57,382 bases of DNA. It comes from Kiritimatiellia bacterium. Its GTDB lineage: Bacteria > Verrucomicrobiota > Kiritimatiellia > RFP12 > JAVBOU01. The position numbers and the translations under genes were made by a program. Of this stretch, positions 48,853 through 57,249 are shown one piece after another; the first letter of the stretch is position 1, and every line of letters starts with the position of its first letter. The notes under the pieces are model-generated. The model ran no database searches and was not told where the DNA came from. It saw only the letters and a list, made by a program, of their open reading frames with translations. Where the stretch lies: NCBI GenBank assembly GCA_031550185.1, contig JAVBOU010000008.1, forward strand, positions 1 to 57,382. Direction: 5' to 3'.

Positions 48853-50535
48853 ATGAGCGCGCTTGAATCATTTTTCAACACCGGAATTCCCAACGCGGCC
48901 CTGCTGCAACGCCGCGGCCTCGACATCTACGCCATCATGCACTTCGGGCTTAACACCTACACGGGACGCGAGTGGGGGTTTGGCGATGAGTCACCGTCGC
49001 TCTTCGACCCGCCGGAGTTTGACGCGGGGCAGATCGCCGGCGCGTGCGCGGAAAGCGGCGTCCAGGGATTGATCCTCGTCTGCAAGCATCACGACGGATT
49101 CTGCCTCTGGCCCACGCGAACGACGCCGCACAACATTTCCAAGTCGCCGTTCCGAAACGGCCGCGGCGACCTTGTGCGTGAAATGTCGGACGCATGCCGC
49201 AAGGCCGGCATCAAGTTCGGCGTTTACGTCTCGCCGTGGGACCGCAACAACCCGCATTACGGCACGCCGCGTTATGTCGAGATCTACCACGAGCAGCTCC
49301 GCGAAGTGCTGACGAATTACGGTCCGGTTTTCGAGGCATGGTTCGACGGCGCGAACGGCGGCACCGGGTTTTACGGCGGCGCGAACGAGGAGCGGCGCAT
49401 CGACAAGTTCGCGTATTACGACTGGCCCGCGGTGTGGTCGATGGTGCGTCGCCTTCAGCCCGGCGCCTGCATCTTCAGCGACGTTGGCCCGGAACTGCGC
49501 TGGGCCGGCAACGAAACCGGCATCCTCGACCCGGAGTGCCGCTGTTCCTTCACGCCGTCGCTGCCGCCGGGCGTCGCCGGCTACCCCGCGCCCGGACATA
49601 TCGACCAGGCCATCCTCGGAACCGGCACGCCGCGCGGACGCTTTTGGATGCAACCGGAATGCGACTTTCCCTTGCGTCCCGGCTGGTTTTACCATGAGGC
49701 CGAGGACACGCGCCAGAAAAGTTCGCGCCATTTGCTCAACGTTTATCTGCGTTCCGTCGGTTGCGGCGGCACGATGAACATCGGCATCGCGCCCGACAAG
49801 CGCGGCTTGCTCCACGACAACGACGTGCGTGCGCTGGCCGGTTTTCATGCGCTCCGCAACCAGCTTTTCGCCGACCTTCGTGGCACGGCCGGACTTCTGC
49901 CACACGCGGCGTTTCATTTTTCCGAACCCGTCGAATTCGACACGATCGTCATGGAGGAGGACATCGCGTGCGGCGAACGCGTTGACGCCTACGAGCTTTG
50001 CGTCCTCGACAACGACGCGTGGCGTGTCGCACTCTCCGGCCACGTCATCGGACAAAAACGCATCCGCCTCATCGCGCCTGTCCGCGCCGAAGCGGTGCGT
50101 CTTGACGTCCGTGGCCACGACGTGAAACCCGTCGCACTTCGCCTCTACAAACGTCCCGCGTCAATCGACATCGCGGACGACACAACCATTGATTCCCTGG
50201 ACGCGACCATCCCCATGCAACTTGTCAACCAAACGCACGACATGCTTGTTTTCCGGTACGACGGCGCCGCACGTCTTCGCGGCTTCCGCTTCACGCCTGT
50301 TGCAAACGCCGCCGGCACGCCGCTCGCGTATGCGCTCGACGTCTCCGCCGACAACACGACCTGGCAGTCCGCGGCAAAAGGCGAGTTCTCGAACATCATG
50401 GCCAACCCCGTCGCCCAGGACATCATTCCCCCGTTGCCGATGGATGTCGTCACCTTTGTTCGACTCACCGCGCTCCGCAAATCCGATCCCGCCGCCGAGC
50501 TCGTTTTTCAAACGTTCGAAGCGTTGCCGGGCTGA
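48853..50535 (+). CDS. alpha-L-fucosidase, GH29 family, with C-terminal discoidin/F5_8-type-C-like domain
   Basis: AAGGACAGGC-ATG start. GH29 blocks FGLNTYTGREWG, LVCKHHDGFCLWPT, FGVYVSPWD and AWFDGANGG. No signal peptide. Confidence 0.9.
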   Translation: MSALESFFNTGIPNAALLQRRGLDIYAIMHFGLNTYTGREWGFGDESPSLFDPPEFDAGQIAGACAESGVQGLILVCKHHDGFCLWPTRTTPHNISKSPFRNGRGDLVREMSDACRKAGIKFGVYVSPWDRNNPHYGTPRYVEIYHEQLREVLTNYGPVFEAWFDGANGGTGFYGGANEERRIDKFAYYDWPAVWSMVRRLQPGACIFSDVGPELRWAGNETGILDPECRCSFTPSLPPGVAGYPAPGHIDQAILGTGTPRGRFWMQPECDFPLRPGWFYHEAEDTRQKSSRHLLNVYLRSVGCGGTMNIGIAPDKRGLLHDNDVRALAGFHALRNQLFADLRGTAGLLPHAAFHFSEPVEFDTIVMEEDIACGERVDAYELCVLDNDAWRVALSGHVIGQKRIRLIAPVRAEAVRLDVRGHDVKPVALRLYKRPASIDIADDTTIDSLDATIPMQLVNQTHDMLVFRYDGAARLRGFRFTPVANAAGTPLAYALDVSADNTTWQSAAKGEFSNIMANPVAQDIIPPLPMDVVTFVRLTALRKSDPAAELVFQTFEALPG

Positions 50536-50583
50536 CCCGTTTGATGTCGGAATTTTCAACCGTTTCCCGCCGGTTTTCACCGC

Positions 50584-50628
50584 TTGACCGGTTGTGACGG
50601 GTCTGATATATTGCTTTCACGTGTTAGC
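50584..50628 (+). promoter_or_regulatory. candidate sigma70-like promoter (TTGACC-N17-TATATT) plus 16-mer GCTTTCACGTGTTAGC, copy B
   Basis: Near-consensus -35/-10 with a 17-nt spacer. The conserved 16-mer starts directly after the -10, and the start codon at 50687 has an AAGGAGA SD. Confidence 0.45.
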
Positions 50629-50686
50629 ATGGTGTGTTTTTTCAAAAACTTGCCGCTAAAAAACAGCGGCGCCAAGGAGAAAAACC

Positions 50687-53560
50687 ATGGCCAAATATTT
50701 GACCAGTTTCGCCGTCATCATGGCGGTTATTGCGGGAACATCCGCATGGGCGCAGAACGCGCCGGTGACTATAGAGGCGGCAGTTACACGTATTCAAAAA
50801 AGCTCGGGTGAACATGCCCAGTTTGTCCTGAGGCGCGCGGAAATCGACGCGGACAGTGCGTGGATCGTTTTATATGAGATGAGCGGCACGGCCGTGAACG
50901 GTGTGGATTATGAGACGCTTGGCGGCACGGCCACGTTTGCGGTGAATGAAACATCCGTCAGTGTGGAGCTGATTCCGAAAGGCGAATTAAAGATTACGGA
51001 TCTAAACGTGGTGCTGACCGTAACCACGGTGAACGGCGTGCTAATGGACGCCCCGAAGCCATCCGCAAGCATTACCATCGCGCAGGAGACGAATGGATTG
51101 CGCCTGCGGATTTACAACAGTTACACCGGAAATGGCGACTTGTCTGACTTGTTAGCGCGCGCGCCGTACTCGACGCATTTGTTCCAGGGCCAGGTGTGGT
51201 TTGGCAATGATTTTGGATGGGGCCCCGTTTACAGGGGCGGGCCGATCGGCACGGAGAACTTCGCGATGCTGTGGGACGGTTTTGTGTGGCTGGACGCGGA
51301 TGAGACATACACGTTTGCGACGCACTGCGACGACCGCTCGCTCATCATGATCGACACCGGACGCGATGGGTTTGGCGACGATGACGTCGTGGTGGCACGC
51401 GGATCAACCCACGCCACGTGGAATTTCGGCCTGGCGAGTGTCCCGGAAAGCGGTTATTACCCGATTGCCATTTCGTTTGTGCAATGGGGTGGCGGTTATT
51501 TTTTCTTCACCCGCTGGGACAAAGGGAACAAAGTCGGCCATGACTTCTGGAACGCATTTGCTTACACGGTTGACACATCCATCGCGACCGCCGGCGGGCT
51601 TCCGATGTTTGAGCGCTCGGGTGCGCGGCCGGGGGCGAGCTGGTTCAGCGAACCCGCGTCGGTGAAGGCGGAGACCACGGGCATTTCGATCGCCTCGACG
51701 CTGGGACATGCGGCGGACCATCCAAAAGTGTCAGTTGTATGGGGCGCGGAACCGGGCGTTTACACGTCGACCAACAGCGTGACGGGCGGGTTTGCCAGCG
51801 GCGTCCCGTTCAGCATCACGATGTCCGAGGCGAATCCCGGCACGTACGCGTACCGCATGTTTGTGGAGGACAACGGCGTGCTGTCGCAAGCCGCGGTCAA
51901 CGGCGATCCGGGCTTTCACGTGGGGCCGCTGGCTTTTTCAACGCTTTCCAACGCGTGGGAAAAGGGCGAGATCCCGGGCGCGTTTGAGGTGCGCCGCACT
52001 GGCGCGTCCAGCCTGCCGCTGCGCGTGAATTGCACACTCTCCGGCACGGCGGAGCGCGGCGTGGACTATGTGGCCGCCGGCTTTTCAGGATTTGTCACGA
52101 TTCCGGCGGGCGAGACGGCGCTCGTGCTGCCCATCGCGCCCATCCGCAATTTTTCCAAGCTGGACGACACGGAGGTGGTCCTCACGCTGGCCGCGGGCGC
52201 GTATGTCACGAACACGCCGTCGCGTTCCACTTCGCTGGTGATTCACAATGAGGATTTGCCGGAGTCCGTGGAAGGCGAAATCCTGTGGCTTGGCCGGGTT
52301 TCAAACAACGCGTCGGAGCGCGCGAACTGGCTGGAGAACCGTCTGCCGCTTGAGACGGACACCATTGTGCTTGACGCGACCGGCACCGGCGACCTCGTCT
52401 GGGATTACGATGGGGAAAACGGTTTGCCCGCAACAGTCGCAAATTGGCGGCAAGAGGTCGACTTCACGGGCACGGTGCAATTCAACACCACCTACGGCGC
52501 GGCGTTTCCCGTGTTTACCATCACGGGCAACGCGGTTCTTGAAGGCGGCACTTGGACGCATCGCGCAAATTCCAACCTTTCCGTGTATTGGTTAAAAATT
52601 GACATTTTGGGTGATTTCACGCTGGGAAGCGGCGCATCCGTCAACGTGCAACACAAAGGATTTGCCAGATGGAATGGCCCGGGTGGATTGTGGCATATCG
52701 GCTACGAAGAATTCGGCATCTCGCACGCCGGACAGGGTAGCTGGTATCGCGTTCGCGGAAACCCCAACACATACGGCTCCGCGTTGAATCCGATGGATCT
52801 TGGTTCCGGCGCAAAAAATCACGAGGGTCCGGGCGCGATCTTTCTGCATGTGGGCGGCACGGCACTGCTCAACGGCACACTCTACGCCAACGCGCATGAC
52901 TACGAAGTCGATGACGGCGGCGCCTCCGGTGGCAGCATCAACCTGCGTGCCACGGAGATTCATCCGGCATCCACGGGACTTCTTACGGCCAACGGCGGCG
53001 GCAGCCACTGGCGCGGTGCGGGTGGCGGCGGGCGCATCGCGATCCAAAGCGGCAACGCGATTCCCCAAGGGTTGCGCTTCTCCGCACGCGGCAATTTCCA
53101 ATGGGATAACGCCTCCTCCGCCGCTGGTACGATTTACCGCGTGACTCCGTTTGAAAACCGGCTCATCGTGGACAACCAGAACATTGATACGTACTGGGGC
53201 GTACAATCTCAACGCACCGACCTCCCGGCCAAGTTGAAGCGCACCGACTCGCCCCTGCAAATATTGGGTGAGGACGCGTCCAGCGACTTTGGGCGCACCG
53301 ACGTGTCACTGGCGCCCGGCGGACACGTCACGTTGCAGTATGACTTTAAGTGCGCGTCATTTACCGTAGCGGGGTGGAATTCCTCCGTGGATCTCAACGG
53401 CAAGAAACTTCTTGTGCAGTCCTTTACCGATGCCTCCGGGACGTTTACAAAATCCGCCGACACGTACGAGCACAACGCCTCCGGCCGCTTCAACGGCGTC
53501 AACTTTAACAATGGCAAACTCGTCATTGTCAACCCGGCAACACGATTCATTTTGAAATGA
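50687..53560 (+). CDS. large secreted Calx-beta / PA14-like / Gly-rich beta-helix protein with RFILK tail
   Basis: Signal peptide MAKYLTSFAVIMAVIAGTSAWA. Calx-beta-like segments (YEMSGTAVNGVDYETLGGTATFAVNETSVSVELIP; CTLSGTAERGVDYVAAGFSGFVTIPAGETALVLPI). PA14-like segment (FAMLWDGFVWLDADETYTFATHCDDRSLIMID). Ends NNGKLVIVNPATRFILK. Confidence 0.8.
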   Translation: MAKYLTSFAVIMAVIAGTSAWAQNAPVTIEAAVTRIQKSSGEHAQFVLRRAEIDADSAWIVLYEMSGTAVNGVDYETLGGTATFAVNETSVSVELIPKGELKITDLNVVLTVTTVNGVLMDAPKPSASITIAQETNGLRLRIYNSYTGNGDLSDLLARAPYSTHLFQGQVWFGNDFGWGPVYRGGPIGTENFAMLWDGFVWLDADETYTFATHCDDRSLIMIDTGRDGFGDDDVVVARGSTHATWNFGLASVPESGYYPIAISFVQWGGGYFFFTRWDKGNKVGHDFWNAFAYTVDTSIATAGGLPMFERSGARPGASWFSEPASVKAETTGISIASTLGHAADHPKVSVVWGAEPGVYTSTNSVTGGFASGVPFSITMSEANPGTYAYRMFVEDNGVLSQAAVNGDPGFHVGPLAFSTLSNAWEKGEIPGAFEVRRTGASSLPLRVNCTLSGTAERGVDYVAAGFSGFVTIPAGETALVLPIAPIRNFSKLDDTEVVLTLAAGAYVTNTPSRSTSLVIHNEDLPESVEGEILWLGRVSNNASERANWLENRLPLETDTIVLDATGTGDLVWDYDGENGLPATVANWRQEVDFTGTVQFNTTYGAAFPVFTITGNAVLEGGTWTHRANSNLSVYWLKIDILGDFTLGSGASVNVQHKGFARWNGPGGLWHIGYEEFGISHAGQGSWYRVRGNPNTYGSALNPMDLGSGAKNHEGPGAIFLHVGGTALLNGTLYANAHDYEVDDGGASGGSINLRATEIHPASTGLLTANGGGSHWRGAGGGGRIAIQSGNAIPQGLRFSARGNFQWDNASSAAGTIYRVTPFENRLIVDNQNIDTYWGVQSQRTDLPAKLKRTDSPLQILGEDASSDFGRTDVSLAPGGHVTLQYDFKCASFTVAGWNSSVDLNGKKLLVQSFTDASGTFTKSADTYEHNASGRFNGVNFNNGKLVIVNPATRFILK

Positions 53561-53582
53561 CGAACGAAAGGAAAACCCGCCC

Positions 53583-56108
53583 GTGAAAAAAAATTGGCTT
53601 CCACTGACACTTCTCGCCACGCTGACGTTTCCGCTCATCGCGCAAACCTTCCGGCCGCCAACAGAATGGGGCGCCGCGCAAGGCAATCCGTTCAAGGAAA
53701 GCGGGCAGCCGCGCTGGCGGTTCGACCAGATCCGGCCCGCGAATCCGGAGGACGCTGACGCGTATGTGGTGATGAAATGGGACGAGGGCCGCAAGGCGTG
53801 GCACAACGTGCCGGGAAGCCAGGGCGGGCAGCCGGACGCGAAGATGGAAAACGGCAACGCGCGCATCGAAGTGCGCGCGCGCGGCGGCGGTGACTCGGAG
53901 TTTGTCAAAGGCGCGGCGCTGGTCTTCATTGCGCCGCAGGACGGCATGTACCGGTTCGCGGTGGACGCGATCGACATTCACCGTTGGGAAGGCGGCACGA
54001 CGACGTTTCTCATGGTGCTCAAACGTTTTCAAAAAAATGACGGCTGGAGCGTTGAGCCGGTTTTCAAGACCGCGTTGGAACCGAAAAACGGAAACACGCT
54101 GGAGCCGGTTGAGATGTCGCTCAAAAAAGGCGACGAGCTCGCCGTGGTGCCGTGGCACGACGGACACTGGTCCGGCGCGACCGTGACGTTTGTCAAACCT
54201 TCGGTCACGCGCACCGGCAACTTCACCGCGGTAAAATCCGCGCTTCCAGCCGCGTTGCCGTTTGAGCTGTTTGCGAAGACCACCAGCGCGGGTCGCCCGC
54301 TTCCCGCGCAAAGCGGCGTGGCCAATGTCCGCGATTACGGCGCGGCGGGTGATGGCAAAACCGATGACACGGCGGCGATTCAAAAGGCGATCACGGACAA
54401 TCGCAACCGTGGCGGACGCGTCGTTTATTTCCCCGCCGGCACGTATCTCGTGAGCGACAAGCTGACGTATGGCGACAACCTCGAGCTTGCGAAATTTCTC
54501 ACGCTGCAAGGCCAGGGCCGCGACCTCACCACGATCCGGTTGCGCGACAACTGCCCCGACTTCGACCAGCGCAAGGCGGTCGTGAGCCTGTTCGAAGGCC
54601 CGACCACCGGCATGGCGTTCAACAACAGCGTCTACGATCTGACCATCGACGTTGGCAGCGGCAACCCCGGCGCGGTCGCGCTGGAATGGATGCAGAACAA
54701 CACCGGTTCCGGCGAGCGTCTGCGTCTGCGCGCGCCTGCGGGAAGCGGCAGCGTTGGCTTTGATCTGACGCGCCACGAACCCGGCCCCGGCCTGATCCGC
54801 GACGTCATCATCGAGGGCTTCGATTATGGCGTGTTCTCCGTCCAGACGTGCTTCAGCATGACCTTTGAAAACATCCTCTTCAAGGGGCAGCGCAAGGCCG
54901 CGATCCGCAACAACACGCAGACGCTTTTTCTCCGTCGCATTCGCAGCGAAAACAACTGCCCCGCGATCATTTTCGCCGACCAGACGCCTTTTGGCGGCGT
55001 CTGCGTGATCGACTCGGAATTCATCGGCACCGGCCCCGAAGCCGCGAAAACCGCCGCGATTGTCTGCGGTCAGCCGTGGATTTTCACGCGCAACATCCGC
55101 CAGCAAGGTTACGCGAAACTGATTGATCCCGGCCTCGATGGTGCCGAAAAAAAAGGCGACTGGTGGGGCAGTGTCGGCGCGCAGGTCTCCGCCTTTCCCG
55201 GCGTCAAGCCGGCGATGTTGAACCTGCCTGTCAAGGAGTCGCCGGACATTCCGTGGGACGCGCCGGACAAATGGGCGGTTGTAAATCCGCAACGCCTCGA
55301 CGAAACTTACGACGACAGCGCCGTGATCCAGGAGGCGCTCGACTGGGCCGTGGCGAACGGCAAGACCTCACTCCTCGTTCCCGGTGGCCGCAGAGTGCTT
55401 TACGGCAGCACGATCAACGTGCCCGCAAACATCCGCCGCATTTATGGTTGCGACGCGATGTCGGGCCTCACGCCGGACATGGCGAAAAGCCGCGCGGCCG
55501 TGTGGCGTGTCACAGCCGGCGCCACGCCACTGGTCATCGAGCGCTTTTACAACGAGGATTTCGCGCGCGCGTTGCCCGTTCGAAACTGCGTCTGGATCGA
55601 GCACGCCTCACAGCGTCCGCTTCTGATGGCGCACGGCTCCTCCGCGTGCGATCCGTACCGCGGCACGCCCGCAAGCCGCAACGCCGACGTCTTTGTCGAC
55701 GACTGGGTCGGCCAATTTCAATTCAACGGGCAGAACGTCTGGATGCGCCAGTTCAACCCCGAGTCCAACGGCGAAATGCTTGTGAACGACGGCGGCACGG
55801 TCTGGATTTTCGGCAGCAAAACAGAGAGCGAAACCGGCACCTGGATCGTCACGCGCAATGGCGGCAAAACCGAACTCCTCGGCGGCTACAATTACCCAAG
55901 CTGGCGGCACCCGAAAAGTCCGGCGCCCAAGCCGCTTTTTATGGTTGAAAACGGCTCCTTTTCCGCTGTCGTCAAGGAGCAGGTCTTCCACGGATACATG
56001 GCCTATCCCGTCACGTTGCGCCACACACGCGGCGGCGTCACGAAAGACATCGGACGCGAGTGCGTCACCGGCGCATGGATCGGCAACGTGCTGGCGCTTC
56101 CGCAATGA
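53583..56108 (+). CDS. secreted right-handed beta-helix glycosidase/lyase-fold protein (Pectate_lyase_3-type domain)
   Basis: GTG start after AAAGGAAAACCCGCCC. Signal peptide (M)KKNWLPLTLLATLTFPLIAQ. The motif NVRDYGAAGDGKTDDTAAIQKAI followed by VVYFPAGTYLV is the hallmark N-terminus of Pectate_lyase_3/GH55/GH28-like beta-helix domains. Confidence 0.7.
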   Translation: MKKNWLPLTLLATLTFPLIAQTFRPPTEWGAAQGNPFKESGQPRWRFDQIRPANPEDADAYVVMKWDEGRKAWHNVPGSQGGQPDAKMENGNARIEVRARGGGDSEFVKGAALVFIAPQDGMYRFAVDAIDIHRWEGGTTTFLMVLKRFQKNDGWSVEPVFKTALEPKNGNTLEPVEMSLKKGDELAVVPWHDGHWSGATVTFVKPSVTRTGNFTAVKSALPAALPFELFAKTTSAGRPLPAQSGVANVRDYGAAGDGKTDDTAAIQKAITDNRNRGGRVVYFPAGTYLVSDKLTYGDNLELAKFLTLQGQGRDLTTIRLRDNCPDFDQRKAVVSLFEGPTTGMAFNNSVYDLTIDVGSGNPGAVALEWMQNNTGSGERLRLRAPAGSGSVGFDLTRHEPGPGLIRDVIIEGFDYGVFSVQTCFSMTFENILFKGQRKAAIRNNTQTLFLRRIRSENNCPAIIFADQTPFGGVCVIDSEFIGTGPEAAKTAAIVCGQPWIFTRNIRQQGYAKLIDPGLDGAEKKGDWWGSVGAQVSAFPGVKPAMLNLPVKESPDIPWDAPDKWAVVNPQRLDETYDDSAVIQEALDWAVANGKTSLLVPGGRRVLYGSTINVPANIRRIYGCDAMSGLTPDMAKSRAAVWRVTAGATPLVIERFYNEDFARALPVRNCVWIEHASQRPLLMAHGSSACDPYRGTPASRNADVFVDDWVGQFQFNGQNVWMRQFNPESNGEMLVNDGGTVWIFGSKTESETGTWIVTRNGGKTELLGGYNYPSWRHPKSPAPKPLFMVENGSFSAVVKEQVFHGYMAYPVTLRHTRGGVTKDIGRECVTGAWIGNVLALPQ

Positions 56109-56196
56109 ACACGCGTTTGTTTTCGTTATGGAAGGCCACGTCAACTCGACACGCCGCTTTTTCCATTTCACTGACACGCTAACTCCAACCCCACAC

Positions 56197-57180
56197 ATGA
56201 TGAACACTTTCACCAACCCGCTTCTTCCCGAAGGCCCTGATCCCTTCGCCACGTTCCACGACGGTTTTTATTACGTCATGGTCACGGAGCAAGACAAGCT
56301 CCGCATTCGCCGCACGCGCGACGTCACCGACCTGGCCAACGCCGAAAACCGCATCATCGGCACCGCGCCGTTTTCCGACGCCTGCGCCACGTCCATCTGG
56401 GCGCCGGAAATTCATCGCGTCAACGGTCGCTGGTACGTTTATTTCACCGGCACCATGCTCGACCCGGCCGACCCGAGCGGCTCCGACGTGAAGCGCCGCA
56501 TCTTTGTCATGGAATGCGACGGCGACGACGTCATCCATGACGCGTGGCACTTCCGCGGCCCGGTCAAACTTCCCGCCGATCGCTACGCCATCGACGCCAC
56601 GATTCTCCACGACCACGGCGCGACCTACATGATCTGGAGCAGCAAGCTCGACTACGACGGCGGCTGGTGGCAGCACATCATGATCGCGCGCATGGTCTCG
56701 CCTTTCGCGCTGGAGGATCGCGAGGTCATTCTTTCGCGTCCTGAATTTGAATGGGAGCGCCACCAGCAACCCACCAACGAAGGCCCGCAAATCTTCCGGC
56801 ACGGCAACGACATCTTTGTCGCTTACAGCGGCAGCGCGTTCTGGAGTCCTGAGTATGCGATCGGTTTCCTCCAAACCAAAAGCGGCGTGGATTTGCTTGA
56901 TCCCCAAAACTGGTTTAAGCATCCCGCGCCCTTTTTCAAGCAGTCGCCGGAGAACAGCGTCTACGGTTGTGGTCACAACAGTTTTGTCCCTTCCCCCGAT
57001 GGTGTGGAAATGTGGAACCTCTACCACGCCCGCAAACTTCCCGGCATGCCGCCCAACGATCCGCGATCCCCGCGAATCCAGTCGCTCACGTTCGACGCCA
57101 AAACCGGTCTTCCCGTTCTTGGCATTCCGACGGCAACCAGCGAAAAACTCCGCAAGCCCTCCGGCACCCCGGACTGCTGA
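56197..57180 (+). CDS. GH43 family glycoside hydrolase (arabinofuranosidase/arabinanase-like), no signal peptide
   Basis: Start trimmed to the ATG at 56197 (MMNTFTNPLLPEGPDPFATFHDGFYYV). GH43 catalytic blocks PDPF, WAPEIHRVNGRWYVYF, AIDATILHDHG and NEGPQIFRHGNDIFVAYSGS. Confidence 0.85.
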   Translation: MMNTFTNPLLPEGPDPFATFHDGFYYVMVTEQDKLRIRRTRDVTDLANAENRIIGTAPFSDACATSIWAPEIHRVNGRWYVYFTGTMLDPADPSGSDVKRRIFVMECDGDDVIHDAWHFRGPVKLPADRYAIDATILHDHGATYMIWSSKLDYDGGWWQHIMIARMVSPFALEDREVILSRPEFEWERHQQPTNEGPQIFRHGNDIFVAYSGSAFWSPEYAIGFLQTKSGVDLLDPQNWFKHPAPFFKQSPENSVYGCGHNSFVPSPDGVEMWNLYHARKLPGMPPNDPRSPRIQSLTFDAKTGLPVLGIPTATSEKLRKPSGTPDC

Positions 57181-57220
57181 TTTTTTTTCCACCCACGTTG
57201 ATGGCGCCCGGGGGCCGTTG

Positions 57221-57249
57221 GTGGCGGGGCAAAACCTCTGCCACGCCAC
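57221..57249 (+). terminator. degenerate palindromic element, copy 13, followed by a T-tract (candidate GH43 terminator)
   Basis: GTGGCGGGGCAAAA-C-CTCTGCCACGCCAC (imperfect arms), followed by GGCGTTTTTCG, 40 nt after the GH43 stop. Confidence 0.5.

Noticed and set aside
53583-56108. Phage tailspike or prophage origin of the Pectate_lyase_3 beta-helix protein
   Set aside because: It has a Sec signal peptide, sits between CAZyme genes, and there are no phage structural, integrase or lysis genes in the window.
2841-57249. CRISPR array interpretation of the repeated palindromes
   Set aside because: Copies are separated by 1.5-9 kb of protein-coding sequence, not by regular 25-50 nt spacers. No cas genes are present.
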